NCBI GenBank assembly: GCA_038237225.1
Contig: JBBRYX010000025.1
Coordinates: 915 to 64,914, forward strand
Reading direction: 5' to 3'
From: Tepidisphaerales bacterium
GTDB taxonomy: Bacteria; Planctomycetota; Phycisphaerae; Tepidisphaerales; Tepidisphaeraceae
DNA length: 64,000 nt
Every line of letters starts with the position of its first letter. Within the stretch, counting starts at the first letter, position 1. The notes beneath the pieces are model-generated. The model saw nothing but the letters and a program-made list of their open reading frames with translations, had not been told where the DNA came from and did no database searches. Position numbers and translations under genes: made by a program. Positions 16,343-26,111 of the stretch are shown here, one piece after another.

Positions 16343-18379
16343 TCATGACCGACCCACGCCCCACACCAGCGTTGCGGTCACGGGAAAATGATCCGATGGA
16401 TACCGGCCGTTGTCATTCGTGTGATCGATTCCCGCCGCCTGGGCGCGGAGGTGCGGCGTGTACAAAATCCAATCGATTCGGATCGGGTGATCGTTCTTCC
16501 CCGTGAACGGGTGCGGTGTGAAATCCTCGCGCGACGGCGTCGGATGAATCACTCGGTAACTGTCTTTCAGCGCCAGTTCCGGCTCACTCGCACCGTCGAA
16601 GCCGAGCATGCGATTGTAAGGAGGAGACCCATCCGCCGCGTTGAAGTCGCCGCTGACGACAGTCGCTGCGTCCCCGGCGATCTGGCGAATGCGCTGACGC
16701 ATCAGTGACGCAGACTCAAGCCGCGCCTGGACGCCTTTGTGATCCCAGTGCGTGTTGAAGTAGAAGAGCCGCTGGTTGTTCGATTGACGATCCCGCAATT
16801 CAACCCAGGTAACAATTCGCGTCAGGTCCGCGTCCCAGCCCTTGGAGCCCGCCACGTCAGGCGTGGGGCTGAGCCAGAAGTGCCCGTCCTTCCCCTTCTC
16901 AAAACGTTCCCGGCGAAAGAGCACAGCAGCAAATTCGCCTTTTTCCTTACCATCGTTGCGCCCGACACCAAGGAAGTCGTGTGTCTTGTTGAACCGATCT
17001 CTGAGTTGTTCCGCCTGATCAGGAAGGACTTCCTGAAGACCGAGCAGGTCGGGGTCGTAGGCTTCGATGGTGCGGAAGAGAAGCTCCTTGCGGAGGGGCC
17101 AAGCGTTGGAAAAATCCATCGCGTTGGAATTACGGATGTTGAAGGACATGATGTGAATCGGCATGGATATCGGGGTGAGATCTGCGCGGGAGGTGGCGGC
17201 TCTTCGAAACCGTTGACGCTTGCTTTCCGAAGCGATGAACCGAGCAGGATGCCCTCGGGCGGCGGCGTTGGCGGAGAGCGCTTCCGGCGTCATCCGCTGC
17301 CGCGCGCCGCTGATAATCCGGTCCCATTGCAACGCTGGCCCAGGATCCTGCTTGTCAGTCTGAACGTGATAGTGCCCCAGAACGCCCTGATAGTTATCGA
17401 GTTGCTCCGGGGTGAGCGTGTGGGGGATCAGCAAGCCCGCTTCCCCCGAGGCCGCGAGCGCACCGGGACGGGTAGTGGGGTTGCCGTCGGGAAGCAGGGC
17501 GGGCGCGGGGGCGAGCGCGGGGGCGGGCGCGCCCAGGAGCGCCTTCTGCCTTGGGTAATCGCACTGGATCTTCGGGAAGACCGTGCACAGCGCCGCGGTA
17601 AGTTTGGTCAGCGATTCATACTGCTGGGGCGTGAAATCGTACTGCCGATAGTTGCCGCCCTGGATAATCCCGCGCACCACCTCATCCCGCGCCGGTCGTC
17701 CGATGAAGTTCGGCGTGCGCACCGCCGGATCGACAACCCGCGCCGGAATGGTGATCCGGGTATGCCCATCAGCATCCTTCGCGTACCACTCCTGAAGCGG
17801 CGCGAACTCGCTGCTCGCGTACGCCCCCATGTTCGCAATCTCGATCCCGATCGACCGCCCATTCGAACGGGTCGCGTGCCACGTCTCTTCCTGAAGATCG
17901 AGGGTCTGGTAAATCGTCCCGTCGATATCCAGCATAAAGTGAACGCTCAACCCGCGATCGCTAAGAACGCGAAAGCACGTGCTGCTCAAACCGCAGACAT
18001 CGTAGTGGACGACGAACTGGTCGACTTTGTCCCGGAGGAGGTCGATCGTCCAGCCGTCGGCGCGCACGCGTTCAACCTCGGCATCCGTCAGTGGAGCTGA
18101 GCGAATCCGCGAGGACCTGCCGCCAACCGGCCGCGATGCACCGGTTGTGCGACCGATATTTCTTTCCCCGCGGTAAGCGTCGTATCCCCCGACGTCAGTC
18201 CATAGCACGACAGGAGCGCCGGTGTGGATGCGCTGGCCGCAGACGATGATTTCGTCGCGCGTGCTCGGGATCGCGGCACTCCGAGAGACATCCTCAACGC
18301 GAGCGGCGGGGGTGTGTGGTCGACACCCGGCGTAGAGAACGCAAATCATTGCAAGTGCGGAGAGACGCAGAAAACCCAT
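16343..18379 (-). CDS. lipoprotein: N-acetylmuramoyl-L-alanine amidase (amidase_2/PGRP-like) domain fused via a Pro/Ala linker to an endonuclease/exonuclease/phosphatase (EEP) domain
   Basis: Signal MGFLRLSALAMICVLYAGC. Amidase_2 motifs VHYDVCG..HFMLDIDGTIYQ..HATRSNGRSIGIEI. Linker APAPALAPAPALL. EEP motifs MSFNIRNSN..LLGLQEV..NTHWDH..SDHFPV. Confidence 0.75.
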   Translation of the reverse strand: MGFLRLSALAMICVLYAGCRPHTPAARVEDVSRSAAIPSTRDEIIVCGQRIHTGAPVVLWTDVGGYDAYRGERNIGRTTGASRPVGGRSSRIRSAPLTDAEVERVRADGWTIDLLRDKVDQFVVHYDVCGLSSTCFRVLSDRGLSVHFMLDIDGTIYQTLDLQEETWHATRSNGRSIGIEIANMGAYASSEFAPLQEWYAKDADGHTRITIPARVVDPAVRTPNFIGRPARDEVVRGIIQGGNYRQYDFTPQQYESLTKLTAALCTVFPKIQCDYPRQKALLGAPAPALAPAPALLPDGNPTTRPGALAASGEAGLLIPHTLTPEQLDNYQGVLGHYHVQTDKQDPGPALQWDRIISGARQRMTPEALSANAAARGHPARFIASESKRQRFRRAATSRADLTPISMPIHIMSFNIRNSNAMDFSNAWPLRKELLFRTIEAYDPDLLGLQEVLPDQAEQLRDRFNKTHDFLGVGRNDGKEKGEFAAVLFRRERFEKGKDGHFWLSPTPDVAGSKGWDADLTRIVTWVELRDRQSNNQRLFYFNTHWDHKGVQARLESASLMRQRIRQIAGDAATVVSGDFNAADGSPPYNRMLGFDGASEPELALKDSYRVIHPTPSREDFTPHPFTGKNDHPIRIDWILYTPHLRAQAAGIDHTNDNGRYPSDHFPVTATLVWGVGRS

Positions 18380-18497
18380 TTTGATTGTGCTCCTTCGAGA
18401 TCGAGATCGTGGATCGGGGAGCGCGAAAATTCAATGGGCGCAAGAAAAAACCCACGGCTGAAGCCGTGGGCTTGGCCTGTTTTATTTGGATTGGGCG

Positions 18498-19877
<1,380 letters not shown>

Positions 19878-20205
19878 TCGAAGACGCCTTCCTTGTTGTG
19901 CGATCAGTCCAGAAGCGACGCAAATACCCGTTCGCTCCGATCAACCATGACGGCAGAAATTGCCGCAGGTAGGGGAGGCGGGGACTGCGCCGCCTACCCG
20001 TACAGTATCGAACATCAACCGGGAGCAACTTGACCAATCAGGGGCTAAGCCCACCGGCGCAGCCATCTTAGGCGAGTCCGGAAGAATCAGGAATGGCAGC
20101 GTCCGGAGCTTTTTGACCGCCAAGTCCCGGATTGTAACGCATCCTTCCAACCCCCGTTCATGAAAATAAAGGAGGACTGGGAGAGACCCTCAGCCCAAAT
20201 CGATC

Positions 20206-20227
20206 AGCCGCGACCGAAGGGAGCGCT
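20206..20227. repeat. 22-bp exact repeat AGCCGCGACCGAAGGGAGCGCT, copy 1 (copy 2 at 34311..34332)
   Basis: Exact match read in two intergenic regions. Confidence 0.7.
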
Positions 20228-20251
20228 TTTACCGGACCCAAACCACAATCC

Positions 20252-20569
20252 CTACCGGTCCCGACTCGCCTTCGACGAATCCGGCCGGGCCAGCGGATCG
20301 ATCCCCTTCGTCATCGATTTCCCCGCCGCCAGCATCTGGTTCTTTGCTTTCTCATACTCTTCCGAGGTCATTTTTCCGATCCGGTGCAGTTCCCGGAGGT
20401 CGCCCAGCGTGAAGCCAATCTTGCCGGCGGAGACTTCTTCATCCTCCTTCAACCACCGCCGCAAACGCGCGACCGCATAAAATCCCCCAACGATAAGTCC
20501 GATAAGAACGAGTGAACGAAACAGCACAGAAACAATATCGGAATCGGCGAGCATCGCGGCTGACAGCAC
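20252..20569 (-). CDS. small membrane protein with C-terminal SHOCT-like domain
   Basis: N-terminal TM segment. C-terminal ...GDLRELHRIGKMTSEEYEKAKNQMLA resembles the SHOCT motif. Confidence 0.55.
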   Translation of the reverse strand: MLSAAMLADSDIVSVLFRSLVLIGLIVGGFYAVARLRRWLKEDEEVSAGKIGFTLGDLRELHRIGKMTSEEYEKAKNQMLAAGKSMTKGIDPLARPDSSKASRDR

Positions 20570-20611
20570 GATCGTATCGTACGGTCAATCCCGTTCACAT
20601 TTCAATGATTC

Positions 20612-20667
20612 CAACCCGCGAATTCAAAGCGGCGTGGACGCTTCAGCGACCCGGTCTTCGATTTATT
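20612..20667. repeat. ~56-bp intergenic repeat element, copy B (paralog of 16255..16312)
   Basis: CAACCCGCGAATTCAAAGCGGCGTGGACGCTTCAGCGACCCGGTCTTCGATTTATT. Confidence 0.65.
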
Positions 20668-20681
20668 CAGACCTCTCAATT

Positions 20682-21995
20682 TCAATGAAATCGAAGATTC
20701 TGCGTGATGAACCCCAGCAACACCGTTTGGCAGAACATAAACGCCAACCGATGAGCGCGGGGCCACCGCGCAATCTCCAGACCGATCGGCAACACCACCA
20801 ACGGCGTCATAAACAGCCACAGGCGCGTCGTCTCGCTCTGAAGCAGACCCGTCAGTCCAACAAGCACCGGTTGCGCCAGGCAGATCACCACCAGCGCAAC
20901 CTGCCGCCGATGCAGCGGAACCGCCGTGAAAAACGAAACAAGCACCAGCAGCGGCAGCCACCCCAGCGTAATCACAAAGTTCGTCAAGTCCGTCGGAATG
21001 GTCGCCGGCCACGGACGATTCAGCTCAATCAGGTTGATGTTCTGGTGACGCCAGGCTTCCCGCAACGTGGCAATCGGGTTGTACCCCGCGATGACATAAA
21101 GAATCGCATAAAAAAGGAGCATCGCAGCAACAGCAATCGTCCCCTGCACGAGGACCTGCCTCCACGTCGTTTCTCGCCGAACAACGAACAGAACGGATAC
21201 CGCCAGTAGAAACGCTCCAATCACCAGAGTATTAAACGCAAAAAGGCATGTGATGCTGATGGTCAGCCCCGCCAGGACTGCAAAAACAGGACGCCGACTC
21301 GACAGCGCGCGCCCCCACAACGCAACCAGCAAACCGGTCAGCGGAACGTAAACCTGATCGAACTCCGGCAAAAAAACGTGCAGACCGGGAATCAAAGTAA
21401 AAAACGCCGCCCCGTAAAGCGCCGCGCGCGCATCGGAAGTCAGCGACAGGATCATGTACCACGTCGCCGGAATCGCCAACGCTCCACTGAGGCCAATGAC
21501 CAGCGCTCCCACCAGCGCAGCCGTATCCGGATTCGGAAACAGCCGAAGCATCCCATAATAAAACAGGATCGGCGCCGGTCCTTTGTTGTGCGAATGATAG
21601 TGAAATCCCGCCAGCCGCACCGGATACGTGCGCAGAAATTCCCGAACCGGCACAGGCTCGCGCACCAGGTCCTCCGCATCGTTAAAAAAGCTCGTCGCAA
21701 GCGGATTCTTCACATCACGCACGATCGGCATCAGCTCCAACGTGTTCCACTGAAGCGTCGCAGCCGTCATCTCCAGGGCAAAGCACGAAAGCATCAGCAC
21801 CGGGAGGATAAACACCGGCTTGACAAATCGTGGCGGTAACAGGTCGACAAGAAACACGGGGGCTGCGCACAAAAACGTCAGCGGAAACAGCGGCCAAAAC
21901 GGCGTCCGATGCCAGTTAAAGCTGTGGAAGCGCGAGCCGGCCAGGTAGAGGTGCCAGTAAAGAATGAGACAGAGAACAACGCTGGCGACCAGCAT
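20682..21995 (-). CDS. polytopic membrane protein, GT-C-fold glycosyltransferase-like (ArnT/PMT-like)
   Basis: ORF track gives 20682..22304, which would overlap the divergent + gene. Start moved to the ATG at 21995 (MLVASVVLCLILYW). About 11 predicted TM helices. Family assignment is tentative. Confidence 0.45.
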   Translation of the reverse strand: MLVASVVLCLILYWHLYLAGSRFHSFNWHRTPFWPLFPLTFLCAAPVFLVDLLPPRFVKPVFILPVLMLSCFALEMTAATLQWNTLELMPIVRDVKNPLATSFFNDAEDLVREPVPVREFLRTYPVRLAGFHYHSHNKGPAPILFYYGMLRLFPNPDTAALVGALVIGLSGALAIPATWYMILSLTSDARAALYGAAFFTLIPGLHVFLPEFDQVYVPLTGLLVALWGRALSSRRPVFAVLAGLTISITCLFAFNTLVIGAFLLAVSVLFVVRRETTWRQVLVQGTIAVAAMLLFYAILYVIAGYNPIATLREAWRHQNINLIELNRPWPATIPTDLTNFVITLGWLPLLVLVSFFTAVPLHRRQVALVVICLAQPVLVGLTGLLQSETTRLWLFMTPLVVLPIGLEIARWPRAHRLAFMFCQTVLLGFITQNLRFH

Positions 21996-22136
21996 CACCA
22001 ACAGGAATGCGGAATCGCTGGCGCGCACGCGAGATTGGGCTGGGTCTGCCGGATGGGTCACAGCGTTGAAGCACAATACGCACCAGTGGGGAATGTGAAC
22101 AGGGATATGTGACCGGCCCTTGTAGCCGGATCGGAT

Positions 22137-23609
22137 GTGCCAATAATCGCCCAGACTTTGCACGACAGCACACCCCAACAAGATGCCGCGGCCCTCGAAT
22201 ATCGCCAGGCGCGCATCGCGCATTGGGATCATCTGGCGCACAACAGCAAGCTGCGCCTGCCCGGCGGTTACTATCACGATCGACTTTCGCAGATCTACGC
22301 CCACGTCATCTCCCCGGGCCAGCGCGTCCTGGAGATCGGCTGTGGCGAGGGCGATCTGCTTGCCGCAATGAAGCCTTCAAGTGGGGTCGGTATCGATTTC
22401 TCGCAGGAAATGATCGAACGCGCGAACAAGAAGTATCCCAATCTGCGGTTCGAGTCAGCCGATGCCCACGACCTTCAACTCCATCAGCAGTTTGACGCCA
22501 TCATCCTCTCGGACCTGGTAAACGACCTGTGGGATGTGCAAACCGTGCTGGAAAAAATCCGCCCGCTGTGTCACCCGCGCACGCGGATCGTGATGAATCT
22601 TTTCAGCAAATTGTGGGAGAAACCGCTTCATGCCGCGCGCCGGCTGGGTTGGGCAAGGCCGGTGCTGGATCAGAACTGGCTCGCCGTCCAGGACATGGAG
22701 AATCTCCTCCACCTCGCCGGATTCGAACGCATCCGCCACTGGCAGGAAATCGCCTTCCCCTTCCGTCTGCCGCTCGTCGATTCCTTCTTCAACAAGTTCC
22801 TCGTGAGGTTCTGGCCGATCACACACCTCGCGCTCACCAATATGATCGTCGCCCGCCCCGAGCCCGCGATGATCCCCGATCTCGGCCCCGAGCCCATCGT
22901 CTCCGTCATCGTCGCCGCCCGCAACGAAGAAGGAAACATCGAATCCATCTTCCAGCGCGTCCCCGAGATGGGCGCAGGCACGGAGCTTGTCTTCATCGAA
23001 GGAAACTCCTCCGATGACACCTACAACGCCATCGAGCGCGCCATCGCCGCCCACCCCGAGCGCCGCGCCAAACTCTTCAAGCAGCCCGGCAAAGGCAAAG
23101 GCGATGCCGTCCGCGTCGGCTTCGCCCAGGCCACCGGCGATGTCCTCATGATCCTCGATGCCGATCTCACCGTACCCCCCGAAGATCTCCCGCGCTTCTA
23201 CAACGCGCTCCGCCAGCGCAAAGGCGAATTCATCAACGGCGTCCGCCTCGTCTATCCCATGGAAAAACGCTCCATGCAGTTCCTCAACTTCTTCGCCAAC
23301 AAACTCTTCGGCCTCGCCTTCTCCTGGCTCCTCGGGCAGCCCGTCCGCGACACCCTCTGCGGCACCAAGGTCCTCTCCAAATCCGACTACGAACTCGTCT
23401 CCCGCAACCGCGCCTACTTCGGCGACTTCGACCCCTTCGGCGACTTCGACCTCCTCTTCGGCGCCGCCAAACTCAACCTCAAAATCACCGACCTCCCCGT
23501 CCGCTACCGAGAACGAACCTACGGCAGCACCAACATCAGCCGCTTCCGCCACGGACTCCTACTCCTGAAAATGACCCTCTTCGCCGCCCAGCGGATCAAG
23601 TTCATCTAA
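22137..23609 (+). CDS. fusion protein: class I SAM-dependent methyltransferase (N-terminal) + family-2 glycosyltransferase (DPM1/polyprenyl-phosphate sugar synthase-like, C-terminal)
   Basis: MTase motif VLEIGCGEGDL. GT2 motifs SVIVAARNEEGNI, EGNSSDDT, ILDADL. Confidence 0.8.
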   Translation: MPIIAQTLHDSTPQQDAAALEYRQARIAHWDHLAHNSKLRLPGGYYHDRLSQIYAHVISPGQRVLEIGCGEGDLLAAMKPSSGVGIDFSQEMIERANKKYPNLRFESADAHDLQLHQQFDAIILSDLVNDLWDVQTVLEKIRPLCHPRTRIVMNLFSKLWEKPLHAARRLGWARPVLDQNWLAVQDMENLLHLAGFERIRHWQEIAFPFRLPLVDSFFNKFLVRFWPITHLALTNMIVARPEPAMIPDLGPEPIVSVIVAARNEEGNIESIFQRVPEMGAGTELVFIEGNSSDDTYNAIERAIAAHPERRAKLFKQPGKGKGDAVRVGFAQATGDVLMILDADLTVPPEDLPRFYNALRQRKGEFINGVRLVYPMEKRSMQFLNFFANKLFGLAFSWLLGQPVRDTLCGTKVLSKSDYELVSRNRAYFGDFDPFGDFDLLFGAAKLNLKITDLPVRYRERTYGSTNISRFRHGLLLLKMTLFAAQRIKFI

Positions 23610-23756
23610 CGATTATTCCCCGACTATCCCGCGATCCCACCCCGCGACCGTCCCCACCTGGTCCCGTTAAAGTTTCCCTTTATTGCGCAACATCAAAGCG
23701 CCGCGCGTAGCGGTCGGACCGAAGGTTCACCTGCATTCAAAGGGGTCAGACTCGAT

Positions 23757-23810
23757 CAAAGGGGTCAGGAAGGTTTTTACGAAAAACCTTCCTGACCCCT
23801 TTGTTTTTCT
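23757..23810. terminator. strong bidirectional rho-independent terminator (22-bp perfect stem, 3-nt loop, then TTTTTCT), flanked by CAAAGGGGTCAG-type repeats
   Basis: CAAAGGGGTCAGGAAGGTTTTT-ACG-AAAAACCTTCCTGACCCCTTTG-TTTTTCT, between convergent genes. An 18-bp tandem duplication GACCCCTTTGTTTTTCTT follows. Confidence 0.75.
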
Positions 23811-23950
23811 TGACCCCTTTGTTTTTCTTCGATTTCTGCGAAGAGCCAAAATAGCGCAAGCCCAACAATACTTTTGTTGCACGGCGAGTGCCGAACAGGA
23901 TTGGGGACCAGTATATCTTCGCGCCCCTTTAACCCGGTCCATTGAGTGTA

Positions 23951-24487
23951 CTACGCGTTTCCGCATTCCGGGCAGCGCTCAGGCGTGGCGCGAAGGTCGT
24001 AACCGCACGAGGGGCAGAGACCGGATCGGGGGCGGCGTTTCGTCCGCAGGAAACGGACTCGCCACATCGTCGGCGCAATGGCCGTCAAGAAGACAAGCAT
24101 GAGCAGGTTGAAGCCGACGGTCCAGCCCTCCGAGCGGCCAAACGATTTCGGCGCGGGTGTGGCATCCTTTGTAACTGTCCACAGTAGCCAGTCATCTCCG
24201 TATTTTTGCCGGATGGCGAACCAGTACGGATCGCGATAAAGCTGCCAGCCTTCCCGCGACGGAAGCCGCTCCGGGGCATTTGGCGGAACGAAAAAGCGAT
24301 CCCATGAAAAATAAATGCGCCCGCTGGCGAGAGATACCCGTTGGCCTCCCTCGGTATGGGTGGAAGCATCAAAGAAGTCTCGTCCGAACGAGTAGGAGAC
24401 GTTGTAGCTGCGCGCCCACACCACCGCCGACGCCACGCAAAGCACCATCGACACCACCGTCGCGAGGGTGAACAGCCGCTTTTTCAT
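23951..24487 (-). CDS. hypothetical membrane protein with C-terminal zinc ribbon (CPSCGYDL..CPECG)
   Basis: N-terminal TM MKKRLFTLATVVSMVLCVASAVVWA. C-terminal CxxC...CxxC. Confidence 0.5.
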   Translation of the reverse strand: MKKRLFTLATVVSMVLCVASAVVWARSYNVSYSFGRDFFDASTHTEGGQRVSLASGRIYFSWDRFFVPPNAPERLPSREGWQLYRDPYWFAIRQKYGDDWLLWTVTKDATPAPKSFGRSEGWTVGFNLLMLVFLTAIAPTMWRVRFLRTKRRPRSGLCPSCGYDLRATPERCPECGNA

Positions 24488-24565
24488 AGGATACGGGCGT
24501 CGTGCGAGCCATGCGCTTCAAGTGATCGAGTTCGTGCGTATCATACCGGAAAGGCCGCCGACGAC

Positions 24566-25432
24566 ATGCTCCCGATCAACCGCGAAAGCGATACAATTCT
24601 CCACCTGATGACTCCCCTGGGTCTCATCGCCGGTGAAGGCGTTTTCCCCATCCTCGTCGCACGGGGCGCGCGGGCGGCGGGACGGAAGGTCGTCTGCATC
24701 GCGCTCGCCGGAAGCGCATTTCCGGAGTTGGAAAAAGAATGCGACCGCTTCCATTGGGTCTCCGTCGTCCGACTGAATACCTGGATCCGCCAACTCCGCG
24801 CCGCGGGCTGTTTCGAAGCCATCATGGTCGGCCGGGTTCTCAAGACACGCATGTACGACCGCTGGCGATACTTCCGCTATATTCCCGACCTGCGAACCGC
24901 ACGGATCTGGCTGACGAAGCTGAGGCACGATCGGCGGCCGGGCGCGATGCTCAATGCCGTCGCCGACGAACTCGCCTCCGAGGGCATCACCTTGATTGAT
25001 TCGACCAGGTACACACCGAGTGAACTTGCCACGCCCGGCGTCATGACGCGCAAGCAGCCGACCCCCGCCCAGCAGATCGATATCCAGGCGGGTTGGGATA
25101 TCTGCCGCGCCATCAGCACGATGGACATCGGGCAATCGATCGCCATTTTGAACAAAGACGTCATCGCCGTCGAAGCGCTTGAGGGGACCAACGCCATGAT
25201 CGAGCGCGCCGGTCAACTCTGTAAGGTAGGGGGGTGGACCCTCGTCAAAGTGGCGAACAGTCAGCAGGACATGCGCATGGATGTGCCCACGATCGGCATC
25301 ACCACCCTGGAGAAACTCAAAGAAGCCCGCTGCGCCTGCGTCGTCCTTGAAGTGGGAAAGACCATCCTCCTCGAAAAGCAAAAAGTCCTCGAGCTCGCCG
25401 ACCGCCACGGCATCGCAATCGTCGGTCGGTAG
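24566..25432 (+). CDS. LpxI-family (DUF1009) protein, putative UDP-2,3-diacylglucosamine hydrolase
   Basis: ORF track gives 24341..25432, which overlaps the convergent gene. Start moved to the ATG at 24566 (MLPINRE..LGLIAGEGVFPILVA). C-terminal IAVEALEGTNAMIERAG resembles LpxI_C. Recognition is from memory, with moderate confidence. Confidence 0.6.
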   Translation: MLPINRESDTILHLMTPLGLIAGEGVFPILVARGARAAGRKVVCIALAGSAFPELEKECDRFHWVSVVRLNTWIRQLRAAGCFEAIMVGRVLKTRMYDRWRYFRYIPDLRTARIWLTKLRHDRRPGAMLNAVADELASEGITLIDSTRYTPSELATPGVMTRKQPTPAQQIDIQAGWDICRAISTMDIGQSIAILNKDVIAVEALEGTNAMIERAGQLCKVGGWTLVKVANSQQDMRMDVPTIGITTLEKLKEARCACVVLEVGKTILLEKQKVLELADRHGIAIVGR

Positions 25433-26111
25433 CTGTAGCGGCGACGCCTGCGTCGCGGTCTCCTTTCACCCTCCGCCGCCAATCGTACTCCTCACGAACG
25501 GCACATCTTGCCACCTCCCGCAAACCCGGACTCAACTCGCACCCTCTACCGCTCCCGGAACTTCATTTAATAATTGACCCACCGCCGACCCCATAGGTAG
25601 GGTTACACCCGAATGGAAACGTCCGGCCACAGGGCAGCAAAACGGCTGCGACAGCATCCGCACAAGTTTTGCGTCTACAAGCCGGCCTCATTCAGTGTTT
25701 CATCCGCGGGCCATGCCCGCTGATCGGGAGTGGACTGAATGGCAGCGCTCCCCCCGAACGAGCCAGGCTCGATGCGGAACAAGTCGGAGTCTGGTCCTAT
25801 ACTTAGACAGGCTCCGCAATATCCGCGGACGTTGGCGATTGGCGTGTGTGATGTGTTCGCCGGTCGTGTAGCCGTTCGGAGCTTGTTGTGCCGCCTGCGA
25901 CGCCGCCGGCGTGCAAGTCAAGTGTCCCACCTACCCCGGTGCATGCCGCCATTCGGTCGGCTCGAGCTCTTTCCGAGTCGACGTTGGATCGGCCCTCACG
26001 CGCCTCATCCCACCCAACCGATCTTTGATAGTGTCTAGTTGAGTGTTAGCCGCCCCGCTCGCGGGGCGCGTCACGCGATCAACATTCGCGCGGTCCAACG
26101 GAGAATCGCTC

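Noticed and set aside
16739-18100. 453-aa + strand ORF
   Set aside because: Antisense to the amidase/EEP lipoprotein gene. Arg-rich shadow with no recognisable domains.
25600-25700. Possible RNase P RNA (GGAAACGTCCGGCC.CAGGGCAG resembles the P4 GGAAAGTCCGGGCUCC..AGGGCA)
   Set aside because: The invariant P4 nucleotides are not matched exactly (extra C, GGCC versus GGGCUCC). The conserved 3' ACAGNRNCCCGGCUUA element is absent. The available length is too short.
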